DNA of 64,000 nucleotides from Mobula birostris (Eukaryota), in NCBI RefSeq assembly GCF_030028105.1, contig NC_092398.1, positions 16,744,182 through 16,808,181 on the forward strand, read 5' to 3'. Below, piece by piece: positions 49,768-62,190 of the stretch (position 1 is the stretch's first letter; each line of letters opens with the position of its first letter). The notes beneath the pieces were generated by a model, which saw only the letters and a program-made list of their open reading frames with translations, was not told where the DNA came from and did not search any database. A program made the translations under genes and the position numbers.

Positions 49768-51751
49768 TCCCGTTTCTACCTCCTACCCAAGATCCACAAA
49801 CCTGCCTGTCCTGGCAGATCTATTGTCTCAGCTTGCTCCTGCCCCACCGAACTCATTTCTGCATACCTCGACACGATTTTATCCCCCACTGTTTAATCCC
49901 TTCCTACCTATGTTTGTGACACTTCTCACGCTCTTAAACTTTTCGATGATGTGAAGTTCCCTGGCCCCCACCGCTTTATTTTCACCATGGATGTCCAGTC
50001 CCTATATACTTCCATCCCGCATCAGGAAGGTCTCAAACCTCTCCACTTCTTTTTGGATTCCAGACCTAACCAATTCCCCTCTACCACCACTCTGCTCCGT
50101 CTAGCGGAATTAGTCCTTACTCTTAATAATTTCTCCTTTGGTTCCTCCCACTTCCTCCAAACTAAAGGTATAGCTATGGCACCCGTATGGGTCCTAGCTA
50201 TGCCTGCCTTTTTGTTGACTTTGTGGAATAATCTATGTTCCAAACTTATTCTGATATCTGCCCCCAACTTTTCCTTCGCTACATCGCCGACTGCATTGGC
50301 GCTATTTCCTGCACGCATGCTGAGCTCGTTGACTTCATTAACTTTGCCTCCAACTTTCACCCTGCCCTCAAGTTTACCTGGTCCATTTCAGACACCTCCC
50401 TCCCCTTTCTAGATCTTTCTGTCTCTATCTCTGGAGACAGCTTATCTACTGATGTCTACTAGAAGCCTACTGACTCTCACAGCTATCGGGACTATCCCTC
50501 TACTCACTCTGTCTCTTGCAAAAATGCCACCCCCTTCTCGCAATTCCTCCGTCTCCGCTGCATCTGCTCTCAGGTTGAGGCTTTTCATTCCAGGACGAAG
50601 GAGGTGTCCTCACTTTTTTAAAGAAAGGGGCTTCCCTTCCTCCACCATCAACTCTGCTCTCAAACGAATATCCCCAATTTCACACACATCTGCTCTCACT
50701 CCATCCTCCCGCCACCCCACTAGGAATAAGGTTCTGCTTGTCCTCACCTACCACCCCACCAGCCTCCGGGTCCAACATATTATTCTCCGTAACTTCCACC
50801 ACCTCCAACGGGATCCCACCACTAAGCACATCTTCCCCTCCCCGCCCCCCCCCCCGCCGGTTTAGGCAGGGATCGCTCCCTCCTGGACTCCCTTGTACAT
50901 TCGTCCCCCACCCCCTCCCCACTGATCTCCCTCCTCGCACTTACCCTTGTAAGCGGAACAAGTGCTACACATGCCCTTACACTTCCTCCCTTACCACTAT
51001 TCAGGGCCCCAGACAGTCCTTCCAGGTGAGGCCACACTTCACCTGTGAGTCGGCTGGGGTGAAATACTGCGTCCGGTGCTCCCGTTGTGGCCTTCTATAT
51101 ATTGACGAGACCCAACGCAGACTGGGAGATCGTTTCGCTGAACACCTACGCCCTGTCCGCCACAGAAAGCAGCATCTCCCAGTGGCCACTCATTTTAATT
51201 CCACGTCCCATTCCCATTCTGATACGTCTATCCACGGCCTCCTCGACTGTAAAGATGAAGCCACACTTAGGTTGGAGGAACAACACCTTACATTCCGTCT
51301 GGGTAGCCTCTAACCTGATGGCATGAACACTGCCTTTTCAAACTTCCGTTAATCACCCACCTCCCCTCGTACCCCATCTGTTATTTATTTCTATACACAC
51401 ATTCTTTCTCTCTCTCACTCTCTCTCCGTCTTCTCCCTCTGTCCCTCTCACTATACCCCTTTACCATCCTCTGGGTTCCCCCCACCCTTTCTTTCTCCCT
51501 GGGCCTCCTGCCTCATGAACCTCTCATATACCTTTTGCCAATCAACTGTCTAGCTCTTGGCTCCATCCCTCCCCCTCTTGTCTTCTCCTATCATTTGGGA
51601 TCTCCCCCTCCCCCTCCCACTTTCAAGTCTCTTACTAGCTCTTCTTTCAGTTAGTCCTGACGAAGGGTCTCGGCCCGAAACGTCGACTGTACCTCTTCCT
51701 AAAGATGCTGCCTGGCCTGCTGCGTTCACCAGCAACTTTGATGTGTGTTGC
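49768..51751 (+). mobile_element. Penelope-like element, 5' truncated (RT + GIY-YIG + terminal repeat), frameshifted
   Basis: RT motifs FTMDVQSLYTSIP, GIAM and LRYIAD (YIDD mutated); GIY-YIG region VKYCVRCSRCGLLYIDETQRRLGDRFAEH. Empty site in unit 2 at about 23105. Confidence 0.93.
51652..51689 (+). ncRNA. Minimal type-I hammerhead ribozyme motif at Penelope 3' terminus
   Basis: uAGUC-CUGACGA-A-GGG-ucucgg-CCC-GAAA-C-GUC^-GACUg, intact core. Confidence 0.72.
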
Positions 51752-52465
51752 CAGTGTTTATATATCTGATTCGGACTGAGTTTGAACAGTAACTCCCTTT
51801 TCTTTGTGCAGAGTGGCAGAAGCATTTCGAATGTTGGATAATACAGAATGAAGGAACTGTACAAAAGGCTGGTTTACAGAGAAGTAACCGGTTCACCTTT
51901 TCCCAGTGAAATTATTCTAAGATATTTACTGTACATTTATAAGCTATAATCCTGATGTTCGCGGTGTGGTTTAAATGGTGACGCGTAATAAATTATATTC
52001 TGGTTATACGTACAGGAATAAGTGGCAAGTAAAATCTTATCAATTGCAGCGAAGAAACTGAAGGAGGCGAGAACCGACTGCAGAAATAGCGAAAGAAATA
52101 AAATCTCTGCATTGTAGGCAGTAAAATATGTGCAAAGCACACCAGACCCGAAGATGTAACCAGAATGGGATGGTGAAGATTTTCGATTGCATCGGCCCTT
52201 TGGCTCTGACAAGTGGGCTATGTACTATTTGTGCTATGATACTATGAAGGATTGACATTATGTCAGCCGCAAAGGGCGGCCAAATGTGTGTAGGTTATCA
52301 TGGGCGATTCCAAATATTAAGTCAAGGGCATTTTGTTTTGTGGAAATGGATGGGGCTACAGAAAGACTTAGACATATTGGTAGAATGGGCAAAGAAGCGC
52401 TTCGGTAGAAGTAGTGAAAGTCTTGACTATTTCCCAAATAGTCAGAAAATACAAAGAACCCAGAC

Positions 52466-52468
<3 letters not shown>

Positions 52469-52511
<43 letters not shown>
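52469..52511 (+). repeat. (CA)n microsatellite
   Basis: Direct reading. Confidence 0.95.
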
Positions 52512-52514
<3 letters not shown>

Positions 52515-53304
52515 GGAGCTTCTGCAGGAATTCTGAAAAGTTAATTTGAAGACTGAGTTTGTGGTGGGGAACACAAACGCAATTTTATCATTCAGTTCAA
52601 GAGGACTAGAATATAAAGCACTGGTGAGCAAGATTTGGCCACTTATTTTAGAAAGGATATGCTGTAACTATAAAGGGTTCAAATGAAGTTTACGTATATG
52701 ATTACAGGATTGAAAAACTTGTCATGTGCAGGGCATCTGATGGCTCTGGGTTTGTATTCACCAGAATGCAGAATAATTAAAACCTATCTAATGGTAAAAG
52801 GCTTTAGGAGAGTGGATGTGGAGAGGATGTTTCTATTAATGGGACAGTCAAAGATCAGAAAACACCGTCTCAAAATAGAGCGTCCTCCTTTGATGACGGG
52901 AAATTTCTTTAGCCAAACGGTAGTGATTCTGTGAAACTCCTTGCCACAGGTAGCTGTGGAGGCCAATTCCTTATGTATATTTAAGGAAGAAGTTGATAGA
53001 TTATTGATTGGTCAGGGAATTAACGGGTAATGGGAGAAGACAGGAGATTGGGCTGAGAGGAAAATTGGATCAAACATGATGAAACGCCGGAGTAGACTCG
53101 ATGGGCCAAATGGCCTAATTCTGCTTCAATATCTTTTGGAGTTATGGTCTTATGGTCAGGGGTTTTGATGTTTTAGAAAACATACAACTAAGCAAACATT
53201 AACCATATTAATGCACAAATCCTTCCTACAATCAGTAACAGGACAAAAACCACTCGAAAAGACAAGACGGCGGCATGCACCGTTCCCTATCAGAACGCTA
53301 TTCT

Positions 53305-53566
53305 TTCTTTTTTTGACGTGTGCGTGCAGGAGGATGTCTTTTTCATGCCTTTACAAAACGCGGAGCGAGAGAGAGACTGTGTGGCGCGCCGCTCCGCCAT
53401 TTCGCAGTATTTTTCCCTTTATTTTACGAGGTCGAGTTGTGATCTGGACACTCAGCCCGGCACTGATGAAAAGCGTACTCAGGAGCGGCCCCGACTGGGT
53501 TCGACCAGGGAACCTTCGGTCCGGAGTTCGGCGCTGATCTCTTTGCGCCACCTGCCGGCCCATACC
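53305..53566 (-). mobile_element. tRNA-derived SINE flanked by a 48-bp direct duplication
   Basis: The minus strand starts ggccggcaggtggcgcaaagag (A-box-like), has ggtcgaaccc (B-box-like) and an A-rich tail. Repeats at 53257-53304 and 53567-53614. Confidence 0.65.
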
Positions 53567-53679
53567 AAAAGACAAGACGGCGGCGTGCATCGGTCTCTAC
53601 CAGAACGCTATTCTATGCCAAAGTTATGTTCTGTTGCTTTGTATGGTGAGTCGACGTGCCGAGCAGAATCTGATAAATG

Positions 53680-54865
53680 CGAAACGAGAGTAAATTTGCA
53701 GATGCCTGAAATCCGAGCAACACACACAAAATGCTGAATTAACTCAGCAGGCCAGGCAGCATCCATGGAAAAATGTAGAGTCGACGTTTCGGACCGAAAC
53801 CCTTCGGCGGGTCTGGAGAACAAAAAACTGACGATTAGCTTTGAAAGATGGGAGGGGAGGAGAGAGATACGGCAGACAATAGGTGAAACTTGGAGGGGGA
53901 GGAATGAAACAAACATCAAAGAGATTGATAGGTGAAAGAGACAGAAGGCCATGGAATAAAGAAGATCGGAGGGGTGAGGAGCACCAGAGAGAGGCGATGG
54001 GCGGGCACGGAGATAAAATGAAAGAGGGTCAAGGGGATGGGAATTGGTGAGCGCGGGGGGGGGGGTGCAGGCATTACTGGATATTTGAGAAATCGATATT
54101 CATGCCACAAGTTGGAGGCTACCTAAACGGAATATAACCGAAGTGTGGCCTTATCCCGACAGTGCAGGTGGCCATGGATGGACATACAGGAATGCGAATT
54201 GTAAGTGGAATTTAAAAGGGTGACCACTGAAAGATCTTACTTGTTCTGGCGGACGGAGCGTAACTGCTTGGCGAAGCGGTGTCCCAATCTCCGTCGACAC
54301 TCATCGATATACAAGTAGCCACAACGGAGCACCGAGCACAGTATATGACCCCAACAGACTGACAGGTGAAGTGTCACCCCAGCTGGAAGGACTGTTTGAG
54401 GCCATGAATAGTACTGAGGGAAGAAGAGTGGAGGCAGGTGAAGTACTCGTTCTGCTTGCAAGAATAAGTGCCAGGAGTGAGATCAATGGGGAGGGACGAA
54501 TAGAGAAGACAACAGCGTAGGGAACAATCCCTCAGGAAAGCAGAAAATGAGGATGCGGGTGCTGGGGTAACGTGGAGGGGAAAGAATTGTTTGTTGGTGG
54601 AATCCAGTTGGAGGTGATGGAAGTTTCGACAAAATGAGTGCAGGATGCATAGGCTGGTGGAGTGTAGGTGTGGACAGGAGGGACCCTATCTCTGGTAGCG
54701 AGGCGGGGGGAATGGGCTAAGAGCAGACTTCCGTGAAATGGAAGAGATGCAGTTGAGGGCAGCGTTGATGATGGAGGAAGGGAAGCCCCTTTCTTTGAAA
54801 AATGAATGAAAAGCCTCATCTTGAGAGCAGCTGCGGCGGGGACGCAGGAATTGAGAGAAGTTCCC
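53680..54865 (-). mobile_element. Penelope-like element, ancestral insertion upstream of GPCR copy 3
   Basis: CGYLYIDECRRRLGHRFAKQLRSV and FSQFLRPRRSCSQDEAFH segments. Confidence 0.88.
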
Positions 54866-54927
54866 CACTCAAATATCTTGTCACAAAAATAGAACTTGCA
54901 AAACATACTGTCAGAGGCTGACGCAAA

Positions 54928-55138
54928 TGTCCCTCGAGGAACGAAATGTGATTCACAGTGACACATTGAATAATTATGCTTTCAGTGAATGGATTTGTTC
55001 ATTCGGATGTAACTGATGCCACTGAGGACTAATTAGTTCAGGTGATTTTCTTTCTGCAGTATAAGAGATTGGTGTATTAATTTCCTACTTATTGGGTAGT
55101 TTGGAGGTTGAGTTCACATAGTTGCTGCGCAGACAGCA
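54928..55138 (+). promoter_or_regulatory. Putative proximal promoter of GPCR copy 3
   Basis: TCCCTCGAGG 54930, cTAATTAg 55030, TATAAG 55060. Confidence 0.38.
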
Positions 55139-58071
55139 ATGGGTTATCCGGCAATATTTTACACAGCCAGTAACTACTATCCTGTACTTGTAGCAGTTGG
55201 TGTTCTTGGTAAGAAATCGATCTGCCTATTATTTATTTAAATAATTTTATCTGTTACAATTGTTTGCAGTGCACTTATATTGTTACCGTAGATTTTCCTG
55301 AAGAAGAATATATAACGTTGTTTTATTGTCTGATGCTTATATTCGTATCAATAAAATTAACCTGTTCTATAACAAAGAAGGGAGCAGTCCTGCACGTGTT
55401 GATGCTCCCTCCAAAGTCGTTAGAGCATATATATATTGAATCAATATTTTCAGGCCAGTTAACTAATCTTCCTTACGGAAGTGGCTATGAGTCCCTCGTG
55501 TCTTTGTATCACAACCACTCTTTTTTCCTGTTGCCTCTCGCCAAGGCCCTGTTAAACCCATGTCTCCACCTGTGAGGTTAATTAAGTGTCTTCCACTCTG
55601 TCATATCCCCGTTATTTCCACTAAATCAGCTGTCATCTGTAAAATAAAGTAAATCAATCGCTATGTGACCAAACTACTTAGCTGATCATTGATTACCTCT
55701 TGAAATTGTGCAACCTGTTCTAAATGCGAGTAAGTTCGATGAAAGCTTCCGTTTCATCCGTTAATTCTGGGCATTACTGTTCGGTACTGTGGTAGGAGAT
55801 AAACAAAACTGAATGGTCCTATGTCTATATATTCCAATAAAGTTAAAAAAACAAAATGGCTATGGTTGGCGTGGCGTTTCGGTTTAAGGAAATGACCTAT
55901 GAATTAACCGAATAAATAAGGGTATATTCCTTGACTTCAGCACTTGTTCTTCCAATCCATTGTAATAACATATCATACGACAAACTTCTCTGTTATCTTT
56001 ACTTTGGATACTTATATAATCTCTTCAGAAAAGCTGTTTTGTAAACCATTGACATATTGGCTAGGAGACTTCGGTAATTCTTAGAGGAACAAGATCATGA
56101 GAGTCAGAATATTTGTAAATGATTGCTACCTAACCGATATTTATCTCGGACGCCACGGTCGCTACAGCTCGGGACGTTCCAGAGTTTCTAGTTCCATTCC
56201 ATCTCTAGGGTGTTTGTAGGTTCTCCCTTTGACCGCTACGCATTCCTCTAGGTACTCCGGTTTCCTCCCACATTCTAAAGACATACTTGTTACTTGGTCA
56301 TTGTAAATTGTTCTGTGATTGACTAGGGTTAAGTGAAGGTTTCCTGGAATGTCTGGTTCGAAGAACCGGAAGAACTTATTCAGAGGTGTATCTCTAAATA
56401 AATTAAGTAAGTAAAATTTTAAAAAAAAATCTTTGTTTCCTTCAGCTGGAAATAACTTTGTCCTTAAAAGTTGTCCTTCGGCTGTTTCTTCACTGTGTCT
56501 TGGCGCTAAAGGTGCCAAAATGCCCTCTTGTATCAATGGTCAGAACAACGATATTTCCCATGGATATTCATTCCAATAATGAAGCGAGTTCCTGCTAATT
56601 TTGAGGCCGTTTATTTAACATTGATTTCAATTTGCTGTGGATTTTGAATGAGCAATTAATTTCTGTTATGGAGATTTCAGCGGGAGAGTTATACTCAGCA
56701 CCGACAACTCACCGTAATCCTGTGTTCGTCTAGATCCACATGTCCCCAAATTTTAATGTTGGACATGCGCCGCTATATAAAGTGGTCAGTTAGCGGCGAC
56801 GCAGCCTCCAGCTTCTAAGAGTGAAGCTTTGCTTTGAATCTAAGAAGCCGTGCAGTCGATCTTTTCCCTGGTCTCCAAATTCCTCTCCTCAAGGCATGAA
56901 TGGCAAATGAACAGAATAACAGTAAAATTTTTAAATATATTTAGTTTAAGGAGAAAATTACTGAAGTGTTTCTACTGCACATTTCAACATCCAGTCTTCC
57001 TGCTCAGGAGTGCTGTTCTGACGGTGATTCATAAACAGTTAAGTAAACTGCAGACTGGATTTGTCTATGCGTGACGGGTTGCAAGCAGCGCATTATCTTT
57101 AGTTGTGCAGATATTTAGGCGTGAAATATGGGCATGCTTGGAATCAGTAACCTTTATGTTTCATTCTTTTAGTGAACTTAACGGCAATTATGATCCTGTC
57201 TCGTGGAAAATGCGGTCTCTCCAAATGCGTGACTCGCTACCTGGTGGCCATGGCGGCGGCAGAGCTGATGGTGGTCATAGCTGCTGTTATATTGCAGCAG
57301 ATTAATAACATATATTTATTTGCTCATTTCCTACTTATAACACCAATATGCGCTATAATAGATGTTCTCAGGACGATAACAATGGACTATTCCGTTTGGT
57401 TTACGGTTGCTTTCCCTTCTGACCGTGGTGTCGCCATTTGCTGTCAGAAGCTGCGCAAGCGGTGCTGCACCGACAGAGCAGCGACTGTGGTGATAGCGTC
57501 TGTGGGTGCGGTGAGCTGTGTGAGGTGTGTTCCATTTTACTTCGCAGTGGAGCCCTTCGTTATAATTAACAACATCCCTTGACCTTGCATCCAATCGGCA
57601 GAATACTACACAAAATCGGTTTGGAAAATATACGCAATATTTGATAGTGTTACAACACCGTTATTGCCAATATGTATAATTCTGCTGTTCAATGCTCTAA
57701 CCATTAGACATATCGTAGTCGCAAACAGAGTCCGGCGGGAACTGCTGAACAGCCGCGAGAATCAGAAGGATACAGAGGTGGAAAGCCGACGAAAATCAGT
57801 GACATGGCTCTTCGCTCTTTCAGCCAACTTCATCTTACTGTGGATGCCCTACATCATACATTCTATAAAGTGGCAAGCGGAAATTTTTTTCTATATAGAC
57901 AGGTTTTTGAGCACCCCGCTATATATTCTGCAACAACTTGGGTTTATGTTCAGATATCTCAGCATTTGTACCAACACGTGCATCTACGGACTGACACAAA
58001 GAAAATTCAGGGAAGAACTGAAGAACGGTGTGAAATACCTATTCACATTGAACGGGCGGATCTGTAATTGA
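55139..58071 (+). pseudogene. GPR139-like GPCR copy 3, join(55139..55208,57173..58071), with a single premature stop TGA at 57580-57582 (Trp160*)
   Basis: Exon 1 is MGYPAIFYTASNYYPVLVAVGVL+G with a GTAAG donor; acceptor AG at 57171-57172. ORFs 57172..57582 and 57664..58071 are in the same frame. The paralogs have TGG where this copy has TGA. No frameshift. Confidence 0.82.
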
Positions 58072-58571
58072 CATGCACTCCTAAGTGTACTTTCAAACAA
58101 ATAAAGTAATATTGTATTTTGTGAAGGTGTCCCAGTATTCCATATACACTTGTGTCATGCAATCGGGTTGGCTATTTTCCAGCTACTGTAGTGAAATCAA
58201 TTTGTTTGGAACAGGGAAAATAAAATGCGTTGGCGATCGTTTTTCCATTATTGGACGTATATTTGAGTATGTTCCAACTTTGATTCATAACATCAGAATT
58301 TCAGTTCAAATTTGTCAGTTGCATCAGTGTACTCTTGCATTTCAAATGATGTTAAAAAAGGTACCTAAAAGGTAATCAGTGAATCCGAGATTTGTGAAGC
58401 TAGAATTTCGGGATATATAAAATGTTGATAATGGTTTGAAAGATCAATGTAAGGTGAGCTGATGGGGAGTGAAACTGATGAGATTCTGAGGCTGGGTAGG
58501 ACCAGTCACGTTCGTATTGAAAAGTTGAACAATCCGTTTTTACCTCCATTTCCTTTTAGTCTTTCATTCTA

Positions 58572-58870
58572 GAAGGAGATGTGTTATTAACTTCAAGCTT
58601 TCTGTATAATCACTCAAAGAGTTGAACGTGCAGTGCCTTTAACGAGAGCTGTATAACTTATCTCCTGATACCTTAGGCCACGAACCTATCAATCACCACT
58701 GCTGGAGGTCCAAGACGCCGATTTCTACAAAAAAAGGGATCCGTATGTTCCACGACCGCTGGGCTAAGTGTGTAAATGTGGGAGGGCATTATGTTGAAAA
58801 ATAAATGTGCTAAGCTTTCTAAAATTGTCTCTGTTTACACTGGGCCAGGAACTTATCAATCACCCCTGTA
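58572..58870 (+). mobile_element. Mariner-derived non-autonomous element, left end truncated
   Basis: Encodes a mariner transposase C-terminus (FYKKGIRMFHDRWAKCVNVGGHYVEK*). TIR-like ggccaggaacttatcaatcacccctg ends in TA, with a second internal TIR copy at about 58674-58700. Confidence 0.75.
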
Positions 58871-60327
58871 TTTGAGTATATTCCAACCTTGATTTATAAG
58901 ACCCAGATTTCAATTCCAAATTGTCAGTTGCATCAGTATACCTTTGCATTTCAAATGATGTCAAAGCGTGACTAAAACTGCATCAGTGAATCCGACATTT
59001 GTGAAAGTTAGTTTTTCGGGAAACATAAAATGTCAAAGATTGTTTGAACGATCAATGTAGTTTCGGCTAAGGGCAGTGAAACAGAAGACAGTTCGAGGCT
59101 AGATAATACCATTTACGGTCGTATTGAATGGAAAACTGATTCAAAAGTTGAACATCTGTTTCTACCGCCATTTCCTTCTAGTCTTTCATTCTAATGATTT
59201 ACCTGACGCGAAGGTTATCGATTTACACAAGAACGTTGATAATGGGAATGATCATCGGGAGGACAATGTGTTGTGCGGTCAGAGATAGTCCTCTGGATAG
59301 CTCTGTTATAATGCGTGACTATTTGTGTTACTGCCGCTTTCCTGTCAGCTTCAAACAATCTGACCAATCTTCTCTAACTGTTTTCACCAACAGAGCGTTT
59401 TTCAGCCACACCGCTGCTACTCACTGGATAATTTTTTATTTGTCTCTCGCACCATAGGTATCGCTGTGCGTGAAAATCAGATGAGATCCGCAGTTTCTCC
59501 GATACTTAAACATCCTTCTGGCACCAATGCTCATTCCACGGTCAACGTCACTTAGACCACATTTCGTCCCCATTCTGATATTTGATCGGAACAATAACTG
59601 AATCCCTTGCGTTTATGTATTGATTTTCTGCCACAAGATTGGCCTATCATATCTTTTCTTAAAAGTGCAGGTGTAGAGATATACCCAATAAAGTATCTAC
59701 TGAGAGTGTCTGAATGATTTCGGTGAGCTTCTTGACGACAAGATTGGGTTAGTTATAAGTAGCGAACATGGATTTCTAACGGGACAGATGGACATATTTA
59801 GCCAAAATTTTAGGAGAAGAGATGGCAAATGGAATGTAGTTGAGATGCGTGTGAGGTAATAAAGTTTGGGGCACTTACATAAAGGGGCATTCGAACAGTT
59901 GACCTATGAAAAGATTCAGGTTGCAAGCTGATAGCTTCTTGCAAATTACTGAATCGGCAGATAGTGTACTAAAGCCCACTTTCGCTGTGGCCAAAAGAGT
60001 GCACATCAATTTACAGCTGTTAAATCCTTTTGGTAAGACCACACAATGGTATTGAGTGGTAGATCTGCTCAGTACACTACAGAAAGCATTCAAACGCATT
60101 GGAAGAGTGCAAAAGAGATTCAATAGGAGTAGAAAACTGTAGTCATATGGAGAGCTTGGAAAGTCTGCGGTTCTTAAAAGGTGCAAGAAACTGAGCATGA
60201 ACTTCTTAATATTATGAGGTGTATGGATGTATAGTAACAGACGTCTTTGAGATTTCTTCAGAAGAATTATACAATGGGACATCGGATTAAGGTCAGGGGG
60301 ACATATTGAAGATGAATCAGATGAGTG

Positions 60328-61998
60328 TTATACTTTATTACTGTATACGTTATTGTGGCAAAACAATTGGTATTAGAACGTACAATCGTCACAGGGATAT
60401 TTGATTCTGCGCTTCACACTCGGATTACAAATGCTAAATATTAAAAATATTAAAAATAGTTAAAATTAGTAAATATTAAAAATTTAAATAATAAATCATA
60501 AATAGGAAATAGAAAAATGGGAAGTAAGGTAGTGCAAAAAAAAAACGAGAGGCAGCTCCGGATATTTGGAGGGTACGGCCCAGATCCTGGTCAGGATCCG
60601 TTCAGCAGCATTATCACAGTTGGAAAGCAGCTGTTCCCATATCTGGCTGTACGAGTCTTCAAGCTCCTGAATTTTCTCCCGGAGGGATGAGGGACGAAAG
60701 GTGTGTTGGCTGGGTGGGTCGTGTCTTTGATTATCCTGGCAGCACTGCTCCGATAGCTTGCGATGTATAGTGAGTCCACAGACGGAAGATTGGTTTGTGT
60801 GATGCGCTGCGCCGTGTTCACGATCTTCTGTAGCTTCTTTCGGGCTTGGACAGGACAACTTCCATACCAGGTTGTGATGCACCCCAGAAGAATGCTTTCT
60901 ACGGTGTATCTATAAAAAATCGTGAGTGCTTTAGGGAACAGGCCAAATTTATTTAGTATTCTCAGGAAGCAAAGGCGCTAGTGGGCCTTCTTGGCAGTGA
61001 ACTCTGCTTGGTTGAACCAGGTCAGATCATTTGTGATATTGACCCCGAGGAACTTAAAGCTTTTGACCTGTTCCACTTGCGCACCGCCGATGTAAATTGG
61101 GTCGTGCTGTCCGCTACTCCTTCTGAAGTCAACAACCAATTCCTTCATCTTGCTGACGTTGAGGGATAGCTTATTGTCTTCGCACCATGCCACCAGGTTC
61201 TTAATTTCCTCTCTGTACTCAAACTCATCATTACCCGAGATACTTTCTACTATTATTGTGTCATCAGAAAACTTATATATTGAGTTCGATGGAAACATGG
61301 CTACACAATCATGGGTGTACACAGTGAGTACAGCAGGGGGCTGAGTACACAGCCTTGTAGGGCACCGGTGCTCAGAGTGATTGTAGAGGATATCTTGCCC
61401 CCTATTTTTACAGCCTGCGTCCTGTCTGTGAGGAAGTTGAAGATCCAGCTGCAGATCTGAGTGCTGAGGCCCAGGTTCTGGAGTTTAGGAATCAGTTTAT
61501 TTGGAATGATGGTATTAAAGGCAGAGCTGTAGTCAATGAAAAGGAGCCTTGCGTATGCGTCTTTATTCTCCAGGTGTTCTAAGGAGGAATGTAGGCCCAG
61601 AGAGATGGCAACTGCCGTTGAGCTGTTGCTCCGGTAGACGAATTGCAAAGCGTCGAGGTTGACCGGTAGGCTGTGGTTGATGAGTGCCTTAACCGATCTC
61701 TCGAAGCACTTCATAACAGTTGATGTCAGAGCCACAGGTCGATAGTCATTCAGACATGCCACCTTGCTCTTCTTCGGCACTTGGGTTATCGTTGCCTTCT
61801 TAAAACGCGAGGGAATCTTAGGGTGAAGAAAGGAGCAGTTGTAGATGTCAGCAAACACTTCAGCTAGCTCGCTGGCACAGGCCCGGAGAACCCGTCCCGG
61901 GACGCCATCTGGGCCCGTCGCCTTCCTTGGATTTATCTTCAGGAAGGCCCTTCTATCGTCCTCCACGGTAACGATGAATCTCGATGCCACCAGGTCCT
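60328..61998 (-). mobile_element. Rex1/Babar-clade LINE (RT), 5' truncated
   Basis: INPRKATGPDGVPGRVLRACA, LNDYRPVALTS, LFIDYSSAFNTI, GALQGCVLSPLLYS and YKFSDDT motifs. Confidence 0.92.
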
Positions 61999-61999
61999 A

Positions 62000-62190
62000 T
62001 TCATCCGGTACTATTGGTAACAACAACATAGGTAGGAAAAGGGAGGAGGTCCTGAAAGTAGAATACATGGTGTTAGGAAGGAAGTTGAGAAGAAGGACCA
62101 CAAAGGTACTAATCTCAGGATTACTGCCTGTGTCACATGACAGTGAGTATTAGAATGAGGTAGAGGATAAATGTGTGGCTGAGAAATTGG
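62000..62190 (+). mobile_element. CR1 ORF1 esterase (SGNH-like) fragment
   Basis: IGNNNIGRKREEVLK..LGRKLRRRTTKVLISGLLPV. Confidence 0.7.

Noticed and set aside
57580-57582. Selenocysteine interpretation of the in-frame TGA
   Set aside because: The aligned residue in the paralogs is Trp, not Cys, and no SECIS element was recognised in the 3' flank.
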